From: Octopus bimaculoides
Taxonomy: Eukaryota
Length of the DNA stretch: 64,000 nucleotides
Assembly: GCF_001194135.2 (NCBI RefSeq)
Contig: NC_068987.1
Location: 24,836,360 to 24,900,359, forward strand
Direction: 5' to 3'
How positions within the stretch are numbered: the first letter of the stretch is position 1; every line of letters starts with the position of its first letter. Under the pieces are notes generated by a model, which did not search any database, was not told where the DNA came from, and was given only the letters and a program-made list of their open reading frames with translations. Position numbers and translations under genes: made by a program. Positions 26,738 through 40,000 of this stretch are shown here, in pieces.

Positions 26738-27561
26738 AGGTGCAGTGAATAAACTGTCGTCTAAGTTATGCAAAAATGAAAAAAACACTGACATCTCATT
26801 TTAACAGATATATTTACCAAAATTACATAAAAATATCTTGAAATGCTGAAGAGTAAATTTATTCAATAAAACTGCCAATGGTCTCAACCAGGCCCTCCAG
26901 ACAACTCTTCTGGACAGTCTTCTTGTTTAAGTTGGTGAATGCTACCATAATCCTTGCTTTCAGTTCATCTTTGGTGTTGCAAGGAGTTTTGTTGATGTCT
27001 AATTCAACTGCACCCACACATAATAATCAAGGAGGTTGTAGTCTGGGAAATTAGGTGGCCAGATGTTAGGAGTGATGTGGTGGCAGAAATTGTCTGATAG
27101 CCATAACTGGGTTCTCCTGCTTGTGTGGCACGGTGCAGAGTCCTGTTGTCAGACATAGGGTCTTCCAGCAACCACTCTCTTGACCCATGGCAGCACTACC
27201 TCCTCCAGGCACCCGATGTGGGCCTCCGTGTTGAGTCTGAGGCCATGTGGGAAGATGAATGGCAGCATAATGTCCCATCACTAGCGATCACTCCAAACAC
27301 CATGATGTTGACTGGATGTTTGATTTTTTTCACTCTCAGTACATATCCTGAGACTGACACTCAAACACTCTGAAATGTTTGTATTGGGGGTTCTGGTATG
27401 AATGCCAAACAGTACATTACATTGTTTTCAAATTTCTAGCAGAGTGAATTGCATCATGGTGCCCAACTGACCCTACTATACTGTATAGTCGACAAAATCG
27501 AAAACAAATGATGCGTACGCATGAAATTAAAAATATAAAATGGTGACAATTTACCCATCAC

Positions 27562-27600
<39 letters not shown>

Positions 27601-30600
27601 CTTGTTATTAACAATTTTCAGGAAGGCAAAAAACCATGTCATGCACAGTATATCTACCCAACTCAAAACTGCCTTAGCAAGACTGTGTAACCCATGCCAG
27701 TATGTTAAAGTAGACTTAAAATGGTGATATATATCTACATTCATGTTTATCTGTGTGTGTATGTGCTATTGTGAAGATTGTGGCACAAGTGAGTCAAAAG
27801 ACCCAGTTTTCACTGATATGACAATGCTAATAACGAAATTTGTTATTTAAATAAAAATGAAGAAAAATAATGAAAGTAACCTTAGGTGAATAGAGAAAAA
27901 GAAAAACTGCTGCGTTTGATATTTCTTGTTTAATTATTACTAAATGGAAAACGAAAAACTTTAAGTAGAAGGTTAAAATAGTAGCAAACTGTTATGATGT
28001 GTGTGTCTAGAGAAGAGACAGCAAAGATGTGACATTTGAACCAACCAATGCATTGTTGATAGACCACAAGCTGATCACAATTATTAATTTGTGTTTAATT
28101 TATACAGAAATTTGTGACATCCCAAACCTGTGAGATGCCAGAACAACAAAGGTAAAAATTATATGAATATAGAACTTACCCATATTCAGAAAGGCGCTTG
28201 CAGTGGGGCACAAAATTATGGGTGGCCTATGAAAGAAGAAAACAATTGCTTTTTTTGTTGTTGTTTATTACCCAGAAGAAATTAATTTTCATGTTGTAAA
28301 ACTTAAACAAGAACACAAATATAATTTTGGGGAATTTTATATCAGCTTTATAGATGAAATAATTTCCAATATTTACATGTATACAAGGAGGTGAGCTGGC
28401 AGAATCCTTAGCACGCCAAATAAAATACTTAGTGTCATTTAGTCTGTCTTTATGTTCGAGGTCTACTTTGCCATTCATCCTTTTTTTGGGGGGGGGGGTC
28501 AATGAAATAAGTACTTGGGGTCGATGAAATAAGCACTGGGGTTGATCTAATCAAATTAACCCTTCCCTGAAATTGCTGGCCTTGTGCCAAAATTTGATAG
28601 CAATATTTACATCTATACAACATTTCAATTGGTTTGATCTCTTATCATGTGATGCCTTGTTCAAGAAGAAGATTGAAGATGACATGAGATGTGGTGAAGG
28701 CTCATCTCAGGAGGTTGAATCACATAAAGGCAATGACAGAGAATCTGTATAAGGTATGTGTGTATGTATGTGGGTGTCTTTGTGCCAGTGTTTGTTCCCC
28801 ACCACTGCTTGACGACCAGTGTTAGTGTGTTTATGTCTATGTAACTTAGCAGTTCGGTAAATGCGACCAATATGATAAAGTACCAGGCTTGGAAAAAACC
28901 AAAAAATATTTTATATAAATCTTGGTGTCAATTAGATAGACTAAAATTTTCTCAAGGTGGAGTCCCAGCATGGCCACAGTCTAATGACTGAAACAAGTAA
29001 AAGATAAAGATGATCCTTGTTACACAACATTGCAAATATAATGAATAATGATAGACCAAATGGAAACCTGCCACCAATGACATTATTGTTCACAAAATGC
29101 ATTATTAAATAAAATAAAACCTGACATACAATTGAACTGTACCAGTGTATGACTGGTACACAGTTTATCAACTCTTGTGTGATAGAGAGATGAATCTACC
29201 TTAAAAGGATCTGAACTGCGAATATAAGGGGCCAATACTGAAATATTTACCCTGGCACTCAACTGTCTCTGTCAACTCATAGGGGATGAATGAAACTAAA
29301 TAAAATCCACTTAGCTGTCTTACCTGTGTTCCATACTCACCAAACATTAAGTGTGGTGGTAGTCGTTGTATCAAATGTTGTTTTACATCATGGAGAGTTG
29401 AGCCACTTATCAACAAAGTCTTGTCTTTTATTGGAAGAAATTTGCTAGCATCTGCAATGCTCAAAGTGTCATCATCAGGATATTCCAAGAGAAAACTAGT
29501 AAGACGGGATCCTACATTAATAAAGCTGTAGATGAGATAAAGATTACAAACGTTATGTTAAATCCATTTCATTACGCTCTTTTTCTCTTTCTCTCTCTCT
29601 CCGTATATATACAGGGTGCGATGGGTAAATTGTCACCATTTTATATTTTTAATTTTGCACATGTGCATTATTTTTGATTTTGTCAACTACACAGTATAGT
29701 AGGGTCAGTTGGGCACCATCTATGAGAAAAAGAGTGCCATGATGCAATTCACTCTGCCAGAAATTTGGAAATGACATGCTGTACTGCTTGGCATTCGTGC
29801 CAGAAGCTCCAATATGAACATTTCAGTGTTTGAGTGTCAATATGAGGACAACACAGAGGATTTGGAAAGAGTTGGCGATGATGAAGGTATGGAACGGTAA
29901 TGATGAAGGTATGGCAGCTTGGAAAACTCACTCTGATCCTTCTGATAAGAAAGGAAATCCTGAATTTGTTGGTGAGATTCAGGCCATGATTGACAATGAT
30001 TCCTCCAAGTCAATCAGATCCATCACCAGGGACATGGGAGTGTCTGAGTTTCTTATCAGGCAGACAGTGCTTGAAGACATTTGGTATTCCTCATACAAGA
30101 TGAGAAAGAGTCAATTTTTATTCCAAGTCACTAAAGATAAGAGGAAAGACTGTGCTATGAAGATTTTGAACAAACTCAAGCATCCCTGCCAACCTAACAT
30201 GTTTTGTTTTTCTCAGACGAGAAAAACTTCTGCTAGGATCAAATGGTGAACACATAGAACAATTGTTGGCTTGCTGTGTCCTCAAGACATGTACCAAGAG
30301 TGATAAAAATCAAGTCAACATCATGGTGTTTGGAGTGATCACTAGTAATAGCGATGTTATGCCTCCATTCATTTTCCCACATGGCCTCAGACTCAACACA
30401 GAGGCCTACATCAAGTGCCTGGAGGAGGTAGTGCTGCCCTGGATCAAGAGGGTGGCTGCTGGAAGACCCCATGTCTGGCAACAGGACTCTGCACCATGCT
30501 ACACCAGCAAGAGAGCCCAGTCATGGCTGTCAGACAATTTCTGTGACCACATCACCTCTAACATCTGGCCACCTAACTCTCCAGACTGCAAACCCCTTGA

Positions 30601-31009
30601 TTATTATGTGTGGGGTGCAGTTGAGTGAGAGACCAACAAAACTACTTGTAATACCAAAGAAGGTAAAGGTTATGGCAGCATTCACCAACTTAAACAAGAA
30701 GACTGTCTAGAGGAGTTGCAGGAGATTCCAAAGTCATCTGGAGGCTGTGGTTGAAGCCAATGGCTATTTTATTGAATAGATTTACTCTTTAGTATTTCAA
30801 GATATTTTTATGTAATTTTGGTAAATATAATTGTTAAAATGAGATGTCAGCGTTATTTTGGTTTTTGCGTAATTTAGATGACAGTTTATTCACCATACCC
30901 TGTATGTATGTATGTAGATGTATATATATNNNNNNNNNNNNNNNNNNNNNNNNNNNNNNNNNNNNNNNNNNNNNNNNNNNNNNNNNNNNNNNNNNNNNNN
31001 NNNNNNNNN

Positions 31010-31044
<35 letters not shown>

Positions 31045-34000
31045 TATGTGACAGTGGATTTTCATCGATGAGTTCATGAACCTTGGTTCTTTTCCCTAAA
31101 ACTATATATATATATGTAAATGATTTCACTTAGGCATTGCGTGACTAATAATCTGGTGTAGAACTCAATATATGTATGCTACAGAATGAAGTGTTAGGCA
31201 AGTATAGAATGTTAATAAGAAAATAAGATGACAAAGAAAAAAAAAAACAGTTATGTTATGAAATTCATTAGCTTACAGCTGTTTCTTCTATAAGATGCAG
31301 TGGACTCATAGATGAGTGCCTGAATAACATCCTATAGCTTCATCAACCTTAAATAAGAAGTAAAAATTCTTTGGGAAAAAGAATTACATTTGTGTAATAT
31401 ACTTGTCACTGCTAATGCCTTCCCTACACACACATACATCTATACTATATATAAAACAGAGATGTGTGTGTAATCGCTTTTCACGTGAAATCGACTTCAC
31501 CAAATGCTTCCATACTTGTAATGCATGAATAATTTGACCTCGGATAAATCTTAGGCTCTTCATTTGATTTTTTTAATTAAAAATAAATAATATTGCTTTA
31601 TATTTAAGATTCATTTCTTTAAAAAGGTTCCTCAATGTCAACTTCCGGTATTGACGTAACAACCGCAAAAAGCTTCACTCTCTATTTTGTGTGTTTGTGT
31701 GTATGAGAGAGAGATAGAGTAAATACTACATACACACCGCTCTCTCACTCTGTCTCACACACATACACACGCACACACATACCCCTTGACTCANNNNNNN
31801 NNNNNNNNNNNNNNNNNNNNNNNNNNNNNNNNNNNNNNNNNNNNNNNNNNNNNNNNNNNNNNNNNNNNNNNNNNNNNNNNNNNNNNNNNNNNNNNNNNNN
31901 NNNNNNNNNNNNNNNNNNNNNNNNNNNNNNNNNNNNNNNNNNNNNNNNNNNNNNNNNNNNNNNNNNNNNNNNNNNNNNNNNNNNNNNNNNNNNNNNNNNN
32001 NNNNNNNNNNNNNNNNNNNNNNNNNNNNNAAAGACACACGTGTGTATGCGCGCGTGCGTGGGGGGGTTCCACAATCGCCATTTATTTCAATTACTCTTCT
32101 GAGGATATTCACGTAAATCATTTTTTTCATTTAATCCCCATTTTAATTTTCGTAAAAGTTTCCAAGTACCAATGAGGCTTTTTGGCACATCTTCAATTTT
32201 CCCCATTCATGAGAGGCGCCCAGCCATCATTCATCTGAGAGTCCATCTACAGAATGTCCTCAAATTTCTATGCAGCATATTTTGCTTTTTTTTCTTCAAG
32301 TATATAAGCAACAATTTCATTCCCGAGCAACGCCGGGTGCCTCTGCTAGTATATATATATATATATAAAGAGAAGCATTATATAAATATACACACACACA
32401 CATGTACACATAATGCATACATTGTTAAATATACCTTGCATTTCCTCACTGTTGATGATATTTTCAAGGTCTTTTCATTCATGTTGTTGATGCTTCCCCT
32501 TTTATCTTGAGATCAATAATCAGTTACTAAATCATCAAAGATAGTCCTTGTCTCAGAAGTCATCATTGAACTCTTTCTCTTCTTCTGGCTCTTCAGCTTC
32601 TTTACATAAATGTGACCTGCAGCAATAGCTCCTTTTCCACATGCTTGTCTCCAGTTCTTATAGCCTTCAGCAACCTTTTCCCAGTTGTTAGGTTCGATAT
32701 TAAAATAAAAGACTGATCTTGATGCACTCATTGAGCAGTGACCTTCAATAATTTCAGAGTAAAGGATCATTTGTTTGGGATACTTGTGTATGGCATCCTT
32801 TATACATGCCTGAACCATTGAAGTGAATGTTCTCCAGTGATGGTTAAGTTTCTCATTAATTTTGTTCTAGTCAGTATAGTGTTGTTTGTGACAGTCATCC
32901 CATTTGATGCTTGGGATCAGTCGTAACTTTGCTAGATGAAATCACTTATGTCATAGTGTTGAGTGTTTATACACTGTCCATGTCTCACAACAGAAACATC
33001 TGAAGAGCACAAAAGCCCAATAAATAATAACTTTTGCTTCATATCTCAAGTTATGACTGAGAGATACTTTGTGAGAAATGTCCAAAGGATTTGTAGGCTA
33101 TTTGCTGTTGTTTGGTGATGTCAACTTCAAGGGGGTAGAAGTTGGACAAGATGCTGAGAGGTGAGTGATAAAACTAGTTTGCCAATTATAGTAATTTAAA
33201 GAGGTTTGTTTTTTTGCCTTTTTATAAATTCCACTCCATGGATATGTCATTCCTCTTGAGATATATCTTTCCAGAAGAAAGTATAACTGAGACAAATTTC
33301 TGCTATTTAAACTTTGTTTGCTAGTCTGGTTTCAGCAATTGCAGTGACATCAAGGGTGAACCTTGTCAGCTGTTGGGCAAACAGAGCAGTTCAGTGTTCC
33401 TGTCTGTTGATGATTCTCTTGTCTTGCAGAGTTTGAATGCTCCATGTTAAAGTGAGTAAAGGAACAGATCAATCTTTTGAATGGTTGTGATAACAAAATG
33501 GATAACCTACCAAATATGTTTATCCAGTTATAGGAGGTAGGCACAAGATGATTTTAGACCATCCTTTCTAGATCCATCTTTAGTGTGGAGTGGGAGCACC
33601 TTCTTTAAATATGTTTACTCCATCATGAAAGCAGCCGCCAAATTCAGGTGTTCTCCCCAATTCATCTTAAAGACAACCTTCACACCTTCCAATGCCAAAG
33701 TATCTAGTTGTAACTGAACATGATCACCATTAGACTTTGGCAGATGAATTGAAACCCAATGGTCATTTGCTAGCAAGTTTGATCAGAGCAGAGAAAGAGT
33801 TGTGAGTTTGATTTCCACAATGCCTGGACTTTAAGGCCTCTCTATCCACAGTACAACTGCACTGAGATGATAGAAGTCCTGTCCAATAACAGAGAGATGC
33901 CAGTGCTGCAGACTATCATGGTGGATTTGCCTTCATGCTTTCTTTTAGTGTCTGAATGGCAACGACAACTTGTGCTTCCATTTTAACAGTTCTTACTTTT

Positions 34001-37000
34001 AGAACTGTTGGGATTCCTCAAACATTCCTCAGGAGTGAACTCGAGACTGATGGCTTAGTCACCACTGACACTGTCCTGAAATGGACAGTGCAACATGTTA
34101 TACCAGACACCCACAAATGTGTGTATATACACACACACACACACACACACACATGTATATCATACTGTTGTTATAATATGAATATATGTATACATAGAAA
34201 ACATTCAAAATATATTTAATAAACCTATATTCAGTCTCATTAAGAATATATAGTATATGGAGAAATCACAAAATCTTTGACAGCTGAGAATAAGAATAAT
34301 TTGATTAATTTCATCAGAGCTATGAACATAAAACAATTAAACAAATGTGTAAACATTAATGAAATGTGGTTACTTACTCTGAATTAGTAAAATGTGAGAT
34401 GTAGTCATAAAATACACATTGCAAGAATGGCAAATCTTCAAATTGGACAGACGGATGAACATCAACTGCTGGAATCAATTGCATGCCTCGATCCATGCAG
34501 AACTTATCAATCTCCAACAGCTCACTGCAATAGGTAACAATTCATGTTATAAACATTGATATTATGTACAACATCTTACTGAAGGAAAGACTCAAAAGTA
34601 TAAGCAAAACAGAAATTTACTACTACTACTACTACTATTGCTATCCCCACTGAGCTGGTAGAATCATTAGAGTGTCAAGAAAAATACCTTGCAGTATTTC
34701 TTTTGACTCTAATTTCTAAGTTCAAATCCTACCGAATCCAATGTTATCTTTTATCCTTCTGAATTGAGAAAATAAAGCACTAAGGTTAATGTTATCAACT
34801 AACCCCATTCCAAATTACTGATCTTGTACCTAATTTACAATTATGACCTTCACAGTGTTTGTATCTAGTCCATTCCCATAACTGTAGGAGTGGTCTGTAC
34901 ATTGAATTGGTTGCAGTCATATATTTAACCCATTAGCATTTAAACTGGCCACATCTAGTCCAAATATTCTGTTTTATGTTTAAATTGCCTTCTCGGACCT
35001 ACACTACAATGTCATTCTAAAAATAAACAATAACATCATCAAACTGTTGATGCCATGGAATAATGCATAATTAATTCAAAATGAGCTGAATAAATTAGCA
35101 TTATACTTGACAGAGTAATCAGAATACTAATAGGTTAAACCAGCTTTTTGTAAGTTTTAAATGTTCTCAGCTTTTACAATTTGTTTTTTTTCCTCTCAAA
35201 TTGCAAAGCAAGAGTTATAAGCAATTACAGCATGAAAGAGCCATTTTAGCTGTCTAGAAGCACACTAAAAACTGCTGAATTCATTTTTAATTTATTTATT
35301 GTGAAGAGTCAAAATTACATTGCACATCTGCAGTAAAACTGTCAGTAACCAGGTCACAGTGCTGCAAACAAAAATTCTGGCACCCAACAAAATAAACAAA
35401 AATAGTGAATATGGTAGTTTTTGTATGTCCTTGTATGGTTGCAATGTAATTAGTGGAGGTGCAATGGCCCAGTGGTTAGGGCAGCGGACGCATGGTCATA
35501 GGATCGCGGTTTCGATTCCCAGACCAGGCGTTGTGAGTGTTTATTGAGCGAAAACACCTAAAGAAGCTCCACGAGGGTCTGGCAGGGGATGGTGGCGAAC
35601 CTTGCTGTACTCTTTCACCACAACTTTCTCTCACTCTTACTTCCTATTTCTGTTGTACCTGTATTTCAAAGAGCCAGCCTTGTCACACTGTGTCACGCTG
35701 AATATCCCCGAGAACTACGTTAAGGGTACACGTGTCTGTGGAGTGCTCAGCCACTTGCACGTTAATTTCACGAGCAGGCTGTTCCGTTGATCAGATCAAC
35801 TGGAACCCTCGACATCGTAAGCGACGGAGTGCCAACAACAACAATGTAATTAATTCATTTTCAACGCAGGGTCTCAAATCAAAGTCACAAGCCAAACGTG
35901 AACAACAAAGAGCAAGTTAATGGTGGTTTGTAGCATTCTTATGTTTCACTTTTCATACTGTATTTTCTGGCATACATGTTGACATAGTATAAGGTATAAG
36001 CATGTAGTGTAAACTTTCAAACATCATCACTATCTTTCTCATCCTGCTGCATTTCATATAGAAATTTTGGTCTTCCAATGCTGTGTTGACCAACCTTCTT
36101 TTTTGGCTGTAAATTTTGGTCTGCAAAATTTGACCTGTGTGCCAGAAAATATAGTAGTTGCAGAGAGTAAATCAGAAATCGAAGGCAGAGTTATTCTAAA
36201 TCTGCTTCAGTAGATATATTTAACAAAGTATATACTCTTTTTACTCTTTTACTTGTTTCAGTCTTTTTGACTGTGGCCATGCTGGAGCACCACCTTTAGT
36301 CGAGCAAATCGACCCCAGGACTTATTCTTTGGAAGCCTAGTACTTATTCTATCAGGCTCTTTTGCCGAACTGCTAAGTTACGGGGACGTAAACACACCAG
36401 CATCAGTTGTCAAGCGACATTGGGGGGACAAACAGAGACACACAAACACATACATATATATACATATACATATATATGAGGGGCTTCTTTCAGTTTCCGT
36501 CTACCAAATCCACTTACAAGGCTTTGGTCGGCCCGAGGCTATAGTAGAAGACACTTGCCCAAGATGACATGCAGTGGGATTGAACCCGGAACCATGTGGT
36601 TGGTAAGCAAGCTACTTACCACACAGCTGTGGCTTTGTGGTTAGAGTATTCATGAGCTTAATTCCCTGCAGTACATTGTGTCCTTGAGCAAGACACTTTA
36701 TTTCATGTTGCTCAAGCCTACTAAATTGGCAAAAATGAGTTGTACCTGCAATTCAAAGGGTCAGCTTGGCCACATTCTGTGCTATGCAGAATCATCCTGA
36801 GAACTACATTAAGGGTATGTGTGTCTGTGACATGCTCAGCTATTTGAATGTTAATTTTATGAGCAGGATGGTTTCTTGATTGGATCAACTGGAACACTCA
36901 CCATTGTAACTGACAGATTGCCAGTTATCAAAAGAGAAAGCAGTACCCATAACGCTGTACAGGGTTTCTGAAGCTGCTAGGAGGGAAGGAAGAAGGTATC

Positions 37001-40000
37001 CATGAACAGGAGACCAGTCCTGAGTGCTTGCAGCAAAGTTGACTCTACTAAAAGCACCCAAGGTTATAAACTGGTTGTGCTAAACCAAGTGATTGATTAA
37101 ATCTACCATGCAAGAGCACCATGGCAGGATTTGAACACTGACTGCAAAAGAAGCTTAACAAATAGAACAAGACATCTAGTCTGATATTCTTACATTTCTG
37201 CCACACAGCACTCAACTTGTACTTCTTTCTTATCAACTCTGAAGGAATGAAAGGCAAAGTTGATCTAGGTGGGATTTGAAACCACAATGCGAAAAGTCAG
37301 AATAAATATTGCGAAGTACTAAGAACTTGTTATCTTAAAAGGGATTCAAGATCGAACCTGTTCGTTCTAGTTGTTACATTCCAGGTCAGTCCTAATTAAG
37401 CAGACATGTGATCAAAGACATTTAAACTGGGGCCATTACTGTCTTTTGTTCAGTCAGTGGGCATTCAAATTTGCATTATTCGATGTTCCTCTCTTAAGAT
37501 TACTATGGTGTAGTCATAACGAGGTTTGGCTGCTATTTCTAGCAAGTTTGGCAACCAAAAAGAGGCTCTCTCATTGGTTCATATTGTGTTTGGTAGAAGC
37601 ATGTAAGATGGTGGGGGGATGTTGTAAAGGTTATTATATTATACTAGCTGGCCCCATGCCGTCAAAAATGATAGCTAATTGTATTATATATATCAGATGC
37701 AAAATTATCACAGATACAAACATTCACATACTTCCCTTGTACATGCACACACAAATACTCACACAGAGTTGAAATGCTGTTTGATGTTTCTGTTCAGTTT
37801 TGAATGTCCACCATCCTACTTCCATTGCATGCACATACACACACACAACTTCCTTTTACATACACACACACACATACTCACACAAAGTTGAAACGCTGTT
37901 TGATTTTTGTTTCACCGTAGAACTTCCATCATCCCACTACCAAATTTGCCATCACCCCTTCCTTTCTCATTCATATGTTGTGACGGAGAAATACACAAGA
38001 GTATTATTATAGTGGATACACACCTACAGCTGTAGCACAACTGCCATGTTGAACTGGTCTGATACCGGAATCGAGTGTACAAATGTATCTGAAGAGAAAA
38101 TGAAATATGGAAGAGAAAGCAACAACAGTAGCACTACTACTACTACTACTACTACTTGTAGCTCACTTATTCTTTTAAGGGTAGAGAGGCCCCTTTGAGT
38201 CTTTTCAGGTAAATGGTATTTTGATAAAAATACTGATGGCCATGACACCTTACCACTTTCCTCAGTATGAGATTAATGAATAAAAGAATTATACAAACAA
38301 CAGCCTAAATAACAATAAAACTTCAGGTGATGGACTCTCAACTGGCAAGTGTCCCGTGGGTGAACAGCACAGGCCCAGTTATCACTATAATCACTATACA
38401 GCTGCCAGAACAAGATTGTCTAAAGCAATAAATATAGCTGCCATCTATATACTCTTAAAAGTGAAGTTCAATCTTGCTTGCTTGCTTGCAATGTTACACA
38501 GCCAAACTGGTGCATAATGGGAAAATATTTTGAAAGTAAAATGCTCCTGAAATGTGAATATGAATGGAATAAAACAAGTTTCGCGTAAATCGGACCAGTA
38601 TTTATTGAGATATTCGGGGTTTTGGGGTATAAATAATAATGGGAAAATATTCCGAAAATAACTTCATTCATTAGACATTATGATAGGCAAAATATTTTTA
38701 AGTGAAAATGACTTTAAAAATATGGTAAATATTTTGAAAAAGACCTGTTCATAACCTTAATGTGAAATAGTCTTTTTCCATTGGTTTCTTTCGAGTGCAT
38801 TCAACATATCTCCCCCTCCAAAAATTTGGCTGCTATTTCTAGCACGCCCTGCTACTATGTAACAGCTATTTGTGATAAACGACCTGAAATACCTGCTACG
38901 TTGTAGCAGGGTGTGCAAGAAATAGCAGCCAAATCTTTCCTTTTCTGGGGAAAGGAGCTGGTTATGCGTGGTTTTTGATGTCATATTTGTTGAAAGCATG
39001 TGAAATAACATGGGGGAAAAAAAGAAACTCACAAAACAAAACTCTGTTGCTGGGAAACTCAGACTTTCCTGGTGACCCAACGGGTCACGAGTAGTCTAGT
39101 GGAATGTTATTTTGTGAGCAGACCCATTGATGGTGAAGGGAAGCTGATAGGAAAATATAGAAACTGAATGCATGGTGTCTGGATGGAGATGCAGGACTCA
39201 GATGTTATGGAACTGAGATGCCGCCAATGCCAACAACAACAAAATATAAACCTGTTCCTATAATCTTTAAGAAATATCAATCAATCAATTAAATGTGCAA
39301 ATAGATGAAAAATTGAAGCAATGTCAGGAAATTTTGGCATGCAAGATAAACAGAAACAAGAAAAAGTTTATGAAAATGAATAATTCATGGTACCTGATTA
39401 AACTTCATGAAAGCAATATTGTCAAGCATGTTTTTCAGAGTTTCCTGTAACAGACAAAAGAACATATTGTACAAAGCTGTCTAATTTTTTTTTGGGGGGG
39501 GGGAGAGGGACTAAATAATTCAGCAGAATAAACAAATCATTTCTTTAAAACAAACCAAAATAATAAAAAAAAAAAAAAGAAAAAAGAAAAAAAGAACTAT
39601 TTGCTTCTTTGGTATTTGACATTGACAGAATGGTGAACTTAATGCCATGCCATGATGCCCAAGATCTCTTGGTATTCTTGGTTCAAAACTTCCCAAGTCA
39701 ACTTTACCTTTAATCATTTCAGAGTAGATAAATTAAAGTACCAGTCACGTATAGGAGTCAATTCAACTGTCTGTACTCGGGTGCTGTACTCTAGTTAGAA
39801 ATGGTTGTGATAATATATTTTATTGTTATTTAACCCCAGGTCAACCCTAGGCAGTGTGTGTCTTTTTTAAAGACATTTGGCTGTCTTATTTTTACCATCT
39901 TAAGTGACTATGCAGAAGCTTCAATACCTGCCTGTGCTATTATTGTTGGTTTCTTTGTCTCTGCTGAGATGCACTAGCAGGATGATGCTCAGTGACATGT

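Noticed and set aside
35452-35530. tRNA-like sequences with A/B boxes (also SINE-A and SINE-B heads)
   Set aside because: No complete cloverleaf; they are heads of multi-copy SINEs.
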